This document shows positions 51,056 through 64,000 of a stretch of 64,000 nucleotides of DNA, one piece after another. Under the pieces are notes generated by a model. That model searched no databases and was not told the origin of the DNA. It saw only the letters and a program-made list of their open reading frames with translations. The position numbers and the translations under genes were made by a program. The stretch is from assembly GCA_965649765.1 (NCBI GenBank), contig OZ287757.1, forward strand, positions 10,850,001 through 10,914,000, written 5' to 3'. How positions within the stretch are numbered: position 1 is the first letter of the stretch; every line of letters starts with the position of its first letter. Source of the stretch: Bispira polyomma (taxonomy: Eukaryota).

Positions 51056-54000
51056 TTTCTTCTTATGGATCACATTATACATAAATAATAACTGGATGTA
51101 TAAAACTAAAAACAAACTAAAATAAAACAAATAAAAATACTATATACATTCCAGTTTTTCAAAATGTCTGTGCTGCTCGTTCAAATCTCGAGTTAATAAT
51201 GCTAACAAAATGGAGGGGAGCGGTCATGGGTGACTAAACTTGAATTTGATTGGAGGTTATCACATAAACAGGAAAATAAAGGTTATGTGTAACCTAAAAT
51301 TTTTAAGGTTGGATAAATCTTATGTTGGACTGAACTAACAGACCCCTAGAGTAGTCGTGTTGTGCACAGTCCAAATTCTAAGATGTGAAAGCAATAAGTT
51401 AAGATGATTCTCAAAGAAGTTTGTTGGAATAAGTTTATAAGTCAATGAAACTCTGTTTGAGGATTTGATTTTTTTACACGTTAGTTTATATGTACATGTA
51501 CAGATAAGATGTAAAGTAATAAAAATTTTAAAATTATTTCAAAATTTTTGACACCCAAGCCCAACTTAGAGGAAGGAGGAATGGTGGAAGCGAAAGTGAG
51601 GGGGACAACAGAAGGTTACAAAATCAAGAGTGGAACCTATAAAATTTTGCTTTTGGATAATAATTTCGAAACATTTGCACAGATTTAATTCACATTTGAG
51701 GATGTAATTTGAGAAAGTTAGTTGCAATGCATATATACCGTAAAGACGGTAAAATCTGCGGTTTGTGTTCTCGCTTACATTCTATATGTATGCAACACTT
51801 TCTAAATTTGTTCATGGGGCGATTTTAGTGAACGGCTTCTCATAGCAAATGCACAAGCATCAATTTCGCTGATCACTTAAGTGCTTTCTGTTACTGGTTC
51901 TTGAATAAGTTATAACAAATCTGGCCAGTCTTACCCGTTCTTTTAGGCTTTATCACCATTGTTTTAAAATACATACCAACTAAGAAATTAGTACAAAACT
52001 TTACCTGCAAATATATTCAATCTTACATTTTGTTGAGCCTATTGTATGTGTTACCACTACATTACCAAGGCCCCCTGTTCGGCCCTACAGATATTCTCAG
52101 ATAATTAGACAAATGACAGAAACAGTTTAGGCCTATGGTTCCTTTCAGTCGATATTTGTCGGTCAACATCGGTCGAATATTTTGGTCCCTATTTGATGTT
52201 AGGAAGGGCTTTCTTTCAACATATTTTTGTCAGATCCGATCAGATGTCTGTTGATGTTCTGAGCAAAAAAACTGGGAGGTTATCTGATTTTTAAACAAAA
52301 ATGGAAAAATTTAAACTTCATGTCGTTAATGACTCCCAAAACTATAAGCCAATATTCATAGTTCTGATCTCAAAGTGTAAAAAACGAGAAATTACATAGA
52401 AATAGCAACACATGTAGAAACAAGCAATCAACAAATCAGAAACCAAAGATGGGTTCCTGTATTTAAACTTACATGTATCGACAGATTTTGATGGAATACA
52501 GTAAGCACAATAATCGCAATAAAATAGTATTTCTGACATCATTCCACCAACATTCCACATTCCACCAATATATAGTACATATTGGATGAAAGAAAACTCT
52601 ACATCAGCTGATGTCAGATCGGATTTAAAAAAAAACGGCTGACGTCGGGATTAGCGGAAAGGAAACGTAGGCTAACAGACAGGTATACAATATGTGATTT
52701 TCAGTGTCTATTTGATATGTTTCAATACAATATTTCAATTGTGATAGAGACTATTTTCAAGGAAAAACCTAAGCTATATAGACATTTGGAGTTGCTGGTC
52801 CCATATCTGAGGGAATGGCTGCATTGAATATCTCAGAAATGCAATGATTTTATAGAACAAATATTACATTTATATGTGTAATAAATTATAGCTTTGTATA
52901 TATATGTGCAGTTTATCAACCCTCAACACTGCATCACAAGTAAACCAATGATGTGCTAGATAAACACACCCAGAGATTAATATTTGTAGAAAGTGATGGA
53001 TCATGTGTTACACTCAGCATGAGTTTAATTTTACTGAGATAAGGCCAGAGTAGAGCATCACTTTAACTGGGCAGCAAAGTGTAGCAGTGATAAGGTTTTA
53101 AGTTACTTAATTCCCACTACACCAGCCCTATACAATCTCTCTCTTTACAGACAAATTTTAGGAGAGCAGATGCTGTTCTTTAATCAACTAGTTACTCTTT
53201 GTATGGGGCAATTAAAAAAAATAATCACTCTTCATAAAATATTTGTTAAATTCTTAACTTTTTAAAAGTTTGTTTTTGCTATCAGTATTGTGAATTGTGA
53301 ACCCTACTGGCGCCTCTATTACTGATTTTTTTTATTAATATAAAAAACAATATACCAGATTTGTAATGCCTATCGATTCCTAGAAATTATCTTTAACACA
53401 GAAATACACCCATATTAAGGAAAGGTCTTAGCCAGGTTTAAATGTTAATATACTGAGACTTTTTGTCTTAGTCTAAGCAGTATTCACAAAGCAGTTGGGC
53501 TAAAGTTTTAGCTTAGCCAAGGGCTTAACTTCAAGACAGGTAGGTAGTGGGCTTAACTTTAAAGAAGAGGGTCTTTGGCTTTTTTTTACATAACATTAAC
53601 AAATAAAGCCTTGTACTTTTAATATGAACCATAAGCAAATTACAGTTGATAGTATGATTTTAAATTTCAAACAAACTCAACTGTAAACTACAAAGAATCA
53701 GATAAGAGTTCCATTCAATATATTGCCACTTATCTGTTAATCAAATTCTCTTCTTGCATGTGTTTTTGTATTTCCCTAAAACTGTGTGTTCTGTACAGAT
53801 AAGAGTTCCATTTAAACTACATAGCCACATATCTGTAAATCAATCTTTCTTGCTGCATGTTATTTCCTTTAAAAACCAATGCAGTATGAGTGGCTGTAGC
53901 GCTACTTGCTGTATTATAGATCTACATATTATTAAAATTTTAGAAACACATAATGGCTGCTAACAAACAAGTTTGTCTGGTTAAATTTTGCCCAGTGATC

Positions 54001-55448
54001 GAAGAACCTGACCTATGAGGCACTGGTAGGAAAATCAATAGCATGTGTGAGGCTCAGCAAAGGGCATGGACAGAATGGTATAATCTTCAGTCAATTGGCG
54101 GACGTTATCAAAGAAATAACAAAAACTGGTAACAAGATCCCCTTCTGAAGGACAATGCAAATAAGGTGATGTGTTTTTAAAAATGGCTGGATCTGCTGTT
54201 TTACCTAAAACCCCAATACAAAGCACAGGGGCACATTTTGGGTTTCTGATAAACATTTTAGTTTAACAAGAAATCAAGTTTTAGTGAAGAGCACATGAAA
54301 TATTATTTTGTTGCAATAATTATGGTGAACATATTCAAAATTATACTTTCAATTATTACCACAGTATAAAGATGCGTCTATTAATGTGCCTCTAAATCAG
54401 ACACATATTATAAATAGCTCCAACAAGGTGCACTCTTTTAAACTAAAGTGATTTGGTGGGGGTGAATGTACGACAGTGTATGCTTAAATGTATGGTTTAC
54501 TCATTTGTTGAAATAAAGTACACAGAACAAGATGTGTTGCACAACACAGCTAGAGGTGTGTGTATGGGGGTGGGTGGGGGGTGTTACATTTGATACATAC
54601 AGCCAGGGAATTTGATATCTGCAATTAAATTTAATGCATACATCCAGGGAATGTCTTGCATACTATTTTTCCTTTGTTAAAAGAAGTCCCGATGAAACAT
54701 AGAAGAGCTAGCATTCCACAATCCTCAAATATGTCAAACTCTAGTTTCTCAAACTAAAGGAGGAATACTGTAGAACACTGTCAAACCAACTTTCAACCAC
54801 TGACCTGGTTTTCTTGTGAGCTCTGAAATATTTTTGTGTACATTTATGAAATAACCACATCACAAGCTGTGACAAACAAAATCAAAATCAACACATACAT
54901 TTTACATTATACTATTATTTTTATATATAACTAATGGGATAATTTGTATTTGTAAATAGTATTGGTTAATATTAAGACATTTATATATGTTCAGTTCGAT
55001 AAAAGAGTATTTCATTACAATGTAATGGCTCTGCTTACAGCTAGGGGTTTCACCAGGAAAAAGCTGAACTTGTTTATTCCCTAGTTATTTGGACATTTCA
55101 ATGTATTTCAGCAGATATGTTTTAAGTTGAGACTTGAAGGTCCCTAATATCTAAAGGTGACTAATGTTTCACATGAACATATCTTGACCTAACTGATTGG
55201 CAAAATGACCTATGACTTGTCCTTGTTTTAATATTGCGCTATGATATACAGGAAGATAAAGTATGACTGAAAAAATTGGCAAAAGACAACAAAAGGCCAT
55301 GTTTTTGATATACTGGCGTGTGTAACTAATATATTACTTCAGGATTCAATTAGAACCCATGTGAGTGAATATATTTTGAGGTTACATAGAAACCGGCTCT
55401 GGGCTATCACAATCATTCAAAACAAAGTGTTTCAAGACAAATTTTGAT

Positions 55449-57490
55449 TAGAAATACTTACCATTTCTTAATATAGCTTCTTGTTGGAGCCATCCAACCC
55501 ATTGGCCAACGCAGACATGGAAAAATTCAGGTATAGCACTACCTGAACCAGCCAATGAGCATACACAGTAGTCTGTCCTCCTGACAATAGGATCACATGA
55601 CCCCATTGTATGCTTCATTTTTTTTGTTGTGAAACTAGTAAAAGAATAACATGCAGGGATGGCAGGAGGGAATTTATGTACAGGGAGGTATTAGGCAATG
55701 GTAAGTATTTCTAAAAAAAAAATTAAATAAATAAATAATATTTTTTTTAATTTAATAGTAAAATACTACTACCATTTCCTAATGTAGCTGAATCTAACCT
55801 AATTGGATGTATTGATTTTTTACTGAGAACCCCTTCTACCGTAACAACAGTGTGAATAGTCCATAAGTAGACCTATTACACAACTACACCAGCTAGCTCG
55901 ATTATTAGAGTTTAGAATACCGTGCGGAAAATGTACTTATCATAGCAACATAAGGTAAAATACACAATACCTCACAAGATGCAAAGTATGAATCTGTTCT
56001 GTAAATCTACAGGTAGAAACTGTTCAACATATCACATATGTACAGACAACCATCACAAACAAATGCCTCGACTCTAAAGTGGTGAAAGTATTGTGTGATT
56101 TCCAATAGCAAGCACCCAACAAGTCATCAAAAAAAATGCCACCCTTAAAAGCCAATAAAGCAGTTATAGATTAGATATCATGAGATTTCACTTGACAAAA
56201 TTGCTGGTTCCCACTGTCTGACTTTTCATACGTAAGCAAGACAGTTTGTTTCAGCCAAGAGGAAATTGTGAATCGAGAAAAACTTTTGTTATGACCTTGC
56301 TTAATAGCCACAAAAAAGATTTTCTTTTTTCCAGGTTCTATCTAGGTAGTACTTCAAAGCTCTCACATGACATGAAAAAAGTGACCTATTCTCAACTAAA
56401 CTCAAATCTAACAGAGGTTTCAAAACTGGAATAACCTCAGACCAATTATCCTTTTGACTGAATGAATTATGAATCCAAGAAGGAATCTTACTTTTTTGCC
56501 AGAAGCCAAGGCCAAAAGAAAAACAGTCATTTAAGTGAACATCTCAACAGATGCCTTACCTAAAAGGTTAAACGAGCCTTGGTAAGTAAAACGAGTACCA
56601 GAAACAAATCCCAGTTTGCTATGATTATGTTTGCTACTGGCTTATCCCTATATAAACTAGCCATAAGTCCATTCAAGTCTCGAAGTTTAGACAGTGTTTC
56701 ACCTGGTACAAAGACCATCAACAATAACAGTCATATACCCTGCAAAAATGGATCGTTTGAAGCCTTACTCCCCAAACAAAAAATTAGGAGCTTTGCTACA
56801 TTTGGTATATTGAAATCTTCACCTACTCTGTTCACACCATTTCACTAAAATGGACCATCTTTCTAGAAGAATTCTTAAACCTTTTAACCATTTCAGGTGG
56901 CGACCATAAAGATTCAAGCATTCTAGACTATTGTGAAAGCTGTTGCTAAATGGCTGTTTCAACCAGATTTCCACCATACCGAAGCTTTATTAGTGGCTTT
57001 GTGGACCACTCTATGAGATCCCCAGGCCACCCAGGTGCAATCAAAATTAGTCTGCACCTGTAAGCCACCATCTTTTGCAGTATTTGAGATATGAGATATG
57101 AGAGCTACTAAACAAAAACCATAGGCACCCAGAGCCTCCCAAAAGATGCTTAACTCATCTATTTCCCAAGCTTGTCTGTCTGGGACCGGTGAGACATAGA
57201 CTGGCAGCTGGAAAATAAGATTTGTTGCAAACAAATCGACCAAAGGTTGATGCCAGATGTGACAAATCATTTAAAAGACCTGAAGATTCAAAGACCATAT
57301 GGTCTGAATTATCCTGTCTTACGGAGTCAGAGCATCTGCCAGAACATTCAAATTACCTCGAATGTGATTGGCTCTAATCTGGATGCCTCTGACAAGCATC
57401 GATGCTAGAATCCTCCTCACATGAACACACATTTCCATGGAATGTGTACCCCCTCTTTGTTGAGGCAAGATACCACTGTGGAGTTGTTTG
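55449..57490 (-). mobile_element. Decayed DIRS1-type YR retrotransposon (RNase H, downstream region, YR remnant, inverted terminal/ICR repeats), 5'-truncated at a LINE
   Basis: GGTHS...IRANHIRGNLNVLADAL; VDLFAT...YVSPVPD; WDLFLVL and FLLALASG. Inverted repeat tagaaatacttaccatt (55449) / aatggtaagtatttcta (55697) with a third partial copy near 55762. Confidence 0.75.
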
Positions 57491-60082
57491 TGGAAAGCAA
57501 TATGTTTTGATCTGGAATCTGATTTTGAAAAACTTGACATTGAAAACTATTTGTGGATTGGGCATAGCAGAATGTCAAAACATATGAAAGCTAAAAAGGC
57601 TAGTGGGGGTATTGGGATTCTAATTAAAGACAGGATACTGAATCAATACTGTGTTTGTAATATTGATAAATCTTTTGATGGTATACTCGTAATATCTTTA
57701 CAACATAATATCACAAACTTTATTCTAAACATTGTGAATGTTTATTTACCACCAGAGAACTCACCATGGGGGCGTAATTCTGATGCATTTTTTTTCACAA
57801 TTAGTGTCGGTATTATTTGTTTCACAAACATCTGATATTATTTTGATATCTGGTGATTGTAATGCTGGAACTGGCACAGAACTAGACTGTATTGTCGAAT
57901 TAGATGAAAATCTAAAGCGCCAAACTCTCGAAACTGTAAAAATTTCCTACGGTGAGTCTTTGATTGAATCTTTAAAAGATACAAAAATGGGTATTATCAA
58001 TGGGAGGATACGTAGTAATAATGATAATTTTACATGTATAAATAACCGTGGAAAATCTGTAGTAGATTATATGCTTATTCCTCATGATTGTTTTAGTTAT
58101 TGTACTTCATTTAGAGTGGCAACAATGTCTCAACTATTGGATCAGTATGAGTTATTTAATCTTATTTTGCATAGGTGTAAACCACCAGATCACTCTTTAT
58201 TATCACTGAATTTAAATTGCTCCTATATTGGTCAGTCAGAGAATGATACAGTAAATAATTCTGGTTTTAATCTTAGGAATGAGGATAAAAACGTTGAGAT
58301 TTCCAATGTAATAAACAACAGAAAAATATGTTGTTTTCAAAATAACCCTGAAAAATATTTTAAATCAGATTTATGGAAGCATGAACATGAAATATTCGTT
58401 GATGAGCAAAATGGGTTTCGGAAAAATTGTTCCTGTGAAGATCACATTTTTAGTCTGCATAGCATAATTCAAACTAATATTAATGTTAACAAACTAGTAT
58501 ATGCTGCTTTTATAGATTTAGAAAAAGCATTTGATTGGATTGACAGAGACTTACTTTTTTTAAAATTATTACAGAATAATATAAATGGCAAAATCTATAG
58601 AGCCATAAACTTGCTATATACCAATACGTTGCCTTGTATCAAAATTAATAGTCAAATTACTGAGTGGTTTGAAATATAGAGTGCAGATCGACAGGGGGAC
58701 ACACTGTCGCCAACACTCTTTGCTTTGTATATTAATGAACTGGCAACAGAAATAAAACAGTTAGGTCTTGGTGTTGATATAAATGGTAGCAAAGTCAGTA
58801 TTCTTTTATATGCAGATGACATGGTGCTTGTCTCTAATTCTGAGGAAGAGTTACAGTTAATGTTAAACACTATGTATGAATAGTGTAGAAAATGGTGTTT
58901 AAGAGTAAATCTCTCCAAAACCAAAATAGTACATTTTAGGAAAAGGAAATCCCAAAGAACTGCATGTAACTTTTTCATGGGGGTGAAAATATAGAAATTG
59001 TAAATTCATATAAGTATCTGGGTATTATCCTTGATGAATTTTTGCTATATGATGAATGTTGTAGAACTTTAGCTGAGTCTGGGGGTAGAGCCCTTTGTGC
59101 ATTACTGTCAAAATTTAAACATCTTCGAGAAAAAGGTTTTGAAACTTTTACACAGCTTTTTAATTCAGGAGTACAACCAATTTTGACATATGGATCCAGT
59201 ATATGGGGATTTAAAAAAGATAAAGAAATGGATAAAATATTTAGTAGAGCTTGTAGATATTATTTGGGAGTACACAAATTCACTCCAGTCACTGCATTAT
59301 ATGGTGAAATGGGATGGATGCCATCTTCATTCCATATAGAACTAAATATTCTAAAATTTTGGAATAGAATTTTGAGAATACCTGATGATAGGCTAAATAG
59401 AAAAATATGAAACATTTCAACATTTACAGATTTGTAATTTACAATTAGCTTATGACAGACTAAAATCAAAATTTGAAGCCAACTGTAAACTAAAAATTGG
59501 AAAGAAACCGAAGCTCCATACCTATATTACATTTAAAAGCCTTTTTGAAACTTCAAACTATGTTAAATGGAATTCAGACAAAAGTAGCCGATCATTGTTA
59601 CCACAATTTCGATGTGGTATATTACAACTGAGAATTATAGAAACTTGTCGTTTTATAAATATTAAAGCTGAAGAAAGATTTTGTCAATTATGCTTTGAAT
59701 TGTGTAGAAGATGAGTTACATTTCTTATGTATATGCCCTCTTTATATATAAAAACTTCAGGGAAGATTTGTATGCAAAATATTCACTCTGATTTTATGCA
59801 ATTAACACATGAGGAAAAATTTATTATAATGCAAAGAAATCCTACAAAAAAAAAAAATAGTAAATTATTTGAAGCTTACTTGGCAATTAAGGAAAGACAC
59901 CTTGTATAGATAAGTTTTTATGGTTTCTATTTCTACATGTGCACTCTATAATTTTTTTTCTGTTTAAAAGTGACTTATAAGCCCATATGGGCTGGGTAAA
60001 TGAATGAAAATATATATTGTACATGTGAATATTGTTACATGTCACTATAATAAATAAAATCCTATGTCATATCTTATGTCTT
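57490..60082 (+). mobile_element. Decayed non-LTR retrotransposon (LINE): APE endonuclease, RT, C-terminal zinc-knuckle region and 3' tail
   Basis: YLPPENS, GDCNA, VVDY, PDH (APE); EQNGFRK, AFIDLEKAFD, RQGDTLSPTLF, LYADD (RT); AATAAA and a short tandem tail at 60048-60082. Confidence 0.88.
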
Positions 60083-60147
60083 GATTATTACATATTGAAC
60101 TCTTGTGATTTGTTTGGGAATAATAACTAGTGCCCTAAATGCACATA

Positions 60148-60320
60148 CAGTTGAAACCTGTTAAGTCAAATCTGAAAGGACCATAAAATGTTTTTCTACT
60201 AAACAGATATTCTACTTAACAGGGCATTTTTACTTCAAATATAGCTATGGAACTTTAAAATAGCTCGTACTTCAGAGGTAAATTCCATTTATCAGAGTTC
60301 TACTCAAATGAGATTTACTG
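60148..60320. mobile_element. Tc1/mariner-type MITE
   Basis: TA|cagt...actg|TA ends with imperfect ~19-bp TIRs. Confidence 0.55.
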
Positions 60321-61939
60321 TACATGTAAAATGTATAAGTTTACTTCCATTAAGGCGATGGATGACTCGATTTTAATTGGTTTTTAAATATCTTTTTATG
60401 TGTTTGCGTTTGACAGTGACTGGTGGTTGTTGTATCCATATCTTAAGGTTATCTGCATCTAGTAAAAAGTATCTGTTAATACGACAATTGTTATGTATAA
60501 GTCAAACCAAATAAAAAATACATGTCTTTCTTTATTATGTATGACTCATAAAATCTGAGTAGGTATTTTGCTGATACATTAAATTTAAGGCCACGAAAAT
60601 AAAATAGTACCTTAGAAAGAAGCTCTTTTGTGTTTGGCATGGTTTATCAGTGATTGGTTATTGTACATGGGTGGTGCTGGCCCATGGCCTCGGCCACCTT
60701 TGTGGTACAAATTAATTAAACCCCCTAATTGTAACAAAACAAAAAATATATCATTGAAAACATGGTTAATTATATAACAAGCTAAACCATTTACCTTTAC
60801 ACACCTCAAACTAATAAACACAAACTGACTATTATTTATCCATAAAAACTCAAACTGTGTCATGAAATGTAAACATCACGTGTGAAACTGTGTCAGCCAG
60901 TCCCTTATATCAATAATAAATATAGAGAAAACCCTATATTTTTATAACAATTTATTTCTTCTATGGAATACATACAAAAACTTATGTTAAATAAAACTTT
61001 GACATCATGAAATGTTACATTTAAAAAATATTAGTTATTTACAGAATTTGAAAAAAACCTCATTTACTTTTTTATTTGTTCTTATTGATAATTCATTCCA
61101 GCCTCGTTTTGAGTTTGACAATTGTTTACATTGAAAGTTTAACTTTGCCTTGAATTTATTACAAATAATAACTTGTAAGTCGTATTAAAATACTTGTTTT
61201 ATATTGAATTAAATGCACTCTACTTTTGTAACAGGTCTGTACATAATTTTTTACTAAAGGCAAATTTTTTTATTCATGTTTTGTTAAAATATAAGACCAT
61301 TTGCTTTTGTTTGTTTATATTTAAGAGTGCACAATGGAATGTTTTTACTGTAATACACAAAAATTTTGCTAATTATTACTTTATTTGTTATAATTCTCTT
61401 TGTGGACATCAAGTAATCATAAGTTATGAATGGATTATTTTTTAGAAGCACTATAACAGCCTTAAACTATCTTCTTATCTGTAGAATGTTATCTTAATGT
61501 GCTTTTAATGCACACGGGAAAACACTATATGAGAACATTGAGAATATTGATGTATGTAGAGTTGCGTAACCAAAATGTTCTCTTAAAGGTTTACCAATAA
61601 TTGATGCAATAAGTGGTTTTTCTTCTCCCTTTTGTGTTTTCCCCACCCCCTCAAACTTCTGTTTTTGGCAAGTGAATACAGGTAGTTTTATTTAGTTATG
61701 TACTTTTATGATATATTTTGTAATTTTTCTCGTTAGAAAAATGAAAGTGAAGTCACCCAGAAAGTGTAGAGGCAAGAAATCAAAGAAGTGTAGGCTATAC
61801 ACAGAAGGCTCTTTTAAAAGTGCTTTGATCAGTGTGAGGTAAGTATGTGGTATTTATTTAGTATTGAATTTTTTGAGGAGACCCAAAATGTTGTTGTATA
61901 TAATATAATTAGTCTATGCAGTAACATTTGTAATTTGAC

Positions 61940-64000
61940 TAGCACGACCACTTTAGGGGCCTGCTGTGTCAGTTCACCCTCCCACTAGCAATCCCTTTTT
62001 CAAAAGCACTTTTCTTGTTCCACTTTTTGTCCATCCCCACATAGAATCAATAACCAATCGTCCCCTTTCTGAAATTGAATATGCTGCCCCAAGTTGGGCA
62101 CCATTTTGTACAAGATCTCAAGGAGTCAACATTGGGATTTTGTATTTGTGAAAATTATTTTAGGATTTTATTTTTTTTACGTTGAGATAAATTTACAATT
62201 ATACTATACTATACACTACAACATATAGAGTATGGGGAAAAGCAAGGTAGTTCCCGGTAGTGCCCCACAGGCTAGGAAAAACCGTCAACTATAACAAGAA
62301 AAAAGAAGACTGCCGACCCGATCTTTAGGAATCTGCAGGAGGACATATCACCAACCAGTAATGGTAACAACGATATGCAAGAGGTAATGGGTATTCTTAA
62401 ACGCCTCGAATCTGCTAATGCAGACATTAATAGACGGTTGGACAGAGTTGAGCTGAAAGGAGCGTCAAACACAGAATCTGCGACCAACACTGCCCTACTC
62501 GTTACACGGCCGAGAGGCCTCGCAATAGGGATCACACAATGACTACCAGCGTGACGGGATAGTACCGAGACTGGATGCCTTAAAAACCATACCTGATGTG
62601 ACTGCTGCTGTGAACCAGCGACTAGCTGCCTATGATACACAATTGAGACAAGACTTGTCGCAAGGTAAGACCTCACTTAGACATAAATCAGGCAGATATA
62701 ATACAACCGACGTTTGTGTCGCTGACCCCCAGTCGAGATGGGCAAATGAGGGCTGGCTGGGGGGCACAGCTAAGAAAAGGCCCAATTTTGATGAGTTAAC
62801 GCTTCCCCAATAGGCGGCTGGGCAATTAGCGAATGTAGCTCAGGTATCAGACCCGACTATGATGAGAGACATGATTCATCAGATGATTTACACGTTTAGA
62901 GACGTGGCGTCCCTACCCTGGCCAGCAGTACGAGCTGCCTGGGGGGCAAACATGCAGGAACTTGAGGAAGGACGACTAGACTGGTCGAATTCGACACAGT
63001 GGGCACTCAATAGGCTAAGTACATCCCAGTTGGCACTAGTGAACCCACAGATTTCGCAAGGTCTTCAGAATCAACAGAAGCCCAAAACCGTGTGTAAGTT
63101 CTACAATAACGGATCCTGTTCGAACAACAGTGACCACGGGCAGTACAGGCACATCTGTAACCACTGCTTTCTCGTTTTAAATAAAGAAAATGTGCATCCG
63201 GAGTTTAAGTGTGTGAAAGCTAATGTGTCAAAAAGAGCAGCAGAGGTAACTACATCAAGTAAATAGGATGCTGGTCAACGACTAGATATATGCACATTAC
63301 TGAGGAGCGAGAACTGTAAGGGCAATAGTATATTAATAGAAAATCAGGCTGAAAGCAGCAATGACAGTAAAGAAATATGTTGTAATAATGATAAAAGTAT
63401 TTTCACAACGTCCACATATAAGTGATGATAAAGTAGTCTATGAAAATGACAATCAGAAAATGGTAAATCATAATGTTAATAGAAAAAGTGAGAGTTATTG
63501 GGAAAGTACAACCCAATCAGCTGTATGTCATGTATATGAACAGAATGACTTGTATGACTATAATGCTCTGATATATGAGAGTTATACTAAAGTTACATGT
63601 GTGGTTTCCAATATTAACTACACATATTGTGTGCAACAGGGCACAATGGGATATCAGGTGGTACAGTTGAACTTTGGTCCACTAAATAGTATGTCAGGTT
63701 TTTGCTATGTAAATAACATGGGTAGTGAAAAGATATACATTCGGCTAATGGGTATACCGGGCATACCACTCGAGGTGTCGAGTACTGTAACAGTAGCAAT
63801 GCTGGTACTTATCAGAACCAATGTCTATCAATACACCGAGTTACAACAAAAACAAGCAAACACGGATTATGATAGTTATAAAAGAGACCTGGTATGCTAT
63901 AAGGATTACAAATGTAACTACACAGATTACATGTGTGATATAATTGATAGAATTTTTGATCAAGATGGCATCAGTCATGTGATAAAAAACACACACACTG
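61940..64000 (+). mobile_element. Ngaro/PAT-like YR retrotransposon (El3), 5' part: A repeat, decayed gag 62232-63266, start of pol; runs off the window
   Basis: gag similar to El2 (KSGRYN, QWALNRLS, CKFYNNGSC...HPEFKC); conserved 5' terminal motif at 61940-61980. Confidence 0.85.

Larger units (their letters stand above)
44239..51614 (-). mobile_element. Near-complete Ngaro/PAT-like YR retrotransposon (El2) with split direct repeats: B0 51557-51366, A1 51365-51157, gag-RT-RH-YR, B1 46027-45837, A2 45836-45628, spacer, B2 44398-44239
   Basis: ORF motifs plus directly visible repeats: 45628-46084 vs 51157-51614 differ at about 8 positions, and 44239-44398 repeats B. Confidence 0.92.

Noticed and set aside
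45628-51614. Conventional LTR retrotransposon (Gypsy/Copia/BEL)
   Set aside because: The repeats lack TG...CA ends, PBS and TSD; the element encodes a tyrosine recombinase and no DDE integrase or protease.
51990-52040. Alternative first coding exon for the secreted-protein gene upstream of El2
   Set aside because: The ATG is followed directly by TAA and neither donor gives an in-frame start; the exon at 44053-44061 fits better.

Overview
AT-rich eukaryotic genomic DNA with GT-AG introns, tRNA-derived SINEs, LINEs and tyrosine-recombinase (YR) retrotransposons. The HSPA12 tandem expansion suggests a lophotrochozoan, probably a mollusc (inference). The minus strand carries a tandem HSPA12 (atypical Hsp70) cluster: two intact 5-coding-exon genes (6979-18008, 600 aa; 34453-37909, 598 aa) and a truncated pseudogene (26273-29344) duplicated from the first. 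Splice signals also reveal a two-exon gene (43195-44061, minus; only exon 2 is in the ORF track) for a 134-aa secreted protein with 8 mature Cys, behind a TATA box and an NF-kB-like site. The HSPA12 upstream regions carry IRF/ISRE-like motifs, so the region may be an immune-inducible locus (inference). Five YR retrotransposon copies are present: four of split-direct-repeat Ngaro/PAT type and one of DIRS1 type. The Ngaro/PAT-type copies share a conserved terminal motif with covarying inverted arms, an uncharacterised pre-RT domain, and a candidate structured RNA downstream of the YR gene. The rest is decayed LINEs, a Harbinger transposase remnant, MITEs, a solo LTR, SINEs and a 49-bp minisatellite. 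All alignments and folds were done by eye.
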